A model generated the notes under the pieces. It did no database searches, was not told the DNA's origin, and was given only the letters and a program-made list of their open reading frames with translations. A DNA stretch of 64,000 nt from Antedon mediterranea (Eukaryota; Animalia; Echinodermata), in NCBI RefSeq assembly GCF_964355755.1, contig NC_092676.1, positions 28,352,871-28,416,870 on the forward strand, in the 5' to 3' direction. Of this stretch, positions 63,655 to 64,000 are shown one piece after another (positions within the stretch are counted from its first letter, which is position 1; the number at the start of each line of letters is the position of its first letter). A program made the position numbers and the translations under genes.

Positions 63655-63723
63655 ATGGCTGTAACCGGGGGATGCAATAATTGTGTGAAGTATCTTCTAT
63701 TCTTGTTCAATTTCGTTTTCTTG
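63655..63723 (+). CDS. Tetraspanin first coding exon (CD9/CD81/TSPAN2-like); gene continues beyond the window
   Basis: MAVTGGCNNCVKYLLFLFNFVFL followed by a GTGAGT donor. This matches the tetraspanin TM1 signature C.KYLLF.FN.(V/I)F and its usual first intron position. It is not in the ORF track. Confidence 0.88.
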
Positions 63724-64000
63724 GTGAGTAGCCTACATTTACTCCTTCTGTTTCTCATATAGGTATTTACTGATATACAGTAAGCATTGTGTTTTGATGT
63801 GTTACAAAATGTTCTCATAATATATTTCTGTTTAAATAACTTTATGGATTTACAATTATAATTAAATTAGAAGAATTATGGATGTGAAACAATATTTCCT
63901 GGAATCTTTGTACTTTCATTATGTTGTTTATTAATCAATCGCGAGGTTGGGTAGGGGGGGGGGGGCGATATATATTTTAAAAATGTCGTCATTATAAATT

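Noticed and set aside
63516-63818. Minus-strand 100-aa ORF
   Set aside because: It is antisense to the tetraspanin exon and has no recognisable motif.

Overview
AT-rich eukaryotic DNA with spliceosomal introns, most likely from an invertebrate deuterostome such as an echinoderm (inferred from repeat types and gene content). The left end carries decayed, tandemly duplicated 3' exons of a TM7SF3 homologue (+ strand). The right end carries an FGFR1OP2/SIKE-family gene (- strand) and, head-to-head with it, the first exon of a CD9/CD81/TSPAN2-like tetraspanin. Between them, over about 11-52 kb and all on the + strand, two gene families are interleaved in a birth-and-death array. One is a set of intronless two-Ig-domain type I membrane receptors with Tyr-rich tails (2 intact, 4 broken), three of them preceded by a perfect ISRE-consensus motif. 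The other is a set of small signal-less EEP/DNase I-fold proteins (3 long ORFs, 3 relics), which split into a catalytic-motif subtype and a motif-dead subtype. The array is heavily invaded by mobile DNA: a CR1/L2-group LINE containing a Tx1/L1 element that in turn contains a Penelope fragment with a hammerhead ribozyme, a truncated Gypsy with a tRNA-Arg PBS, a nearly intact LINE, RTE fragments, SINEs, a HINE and several MITEs. No database search was possible, so family calls rest on motif recognition.
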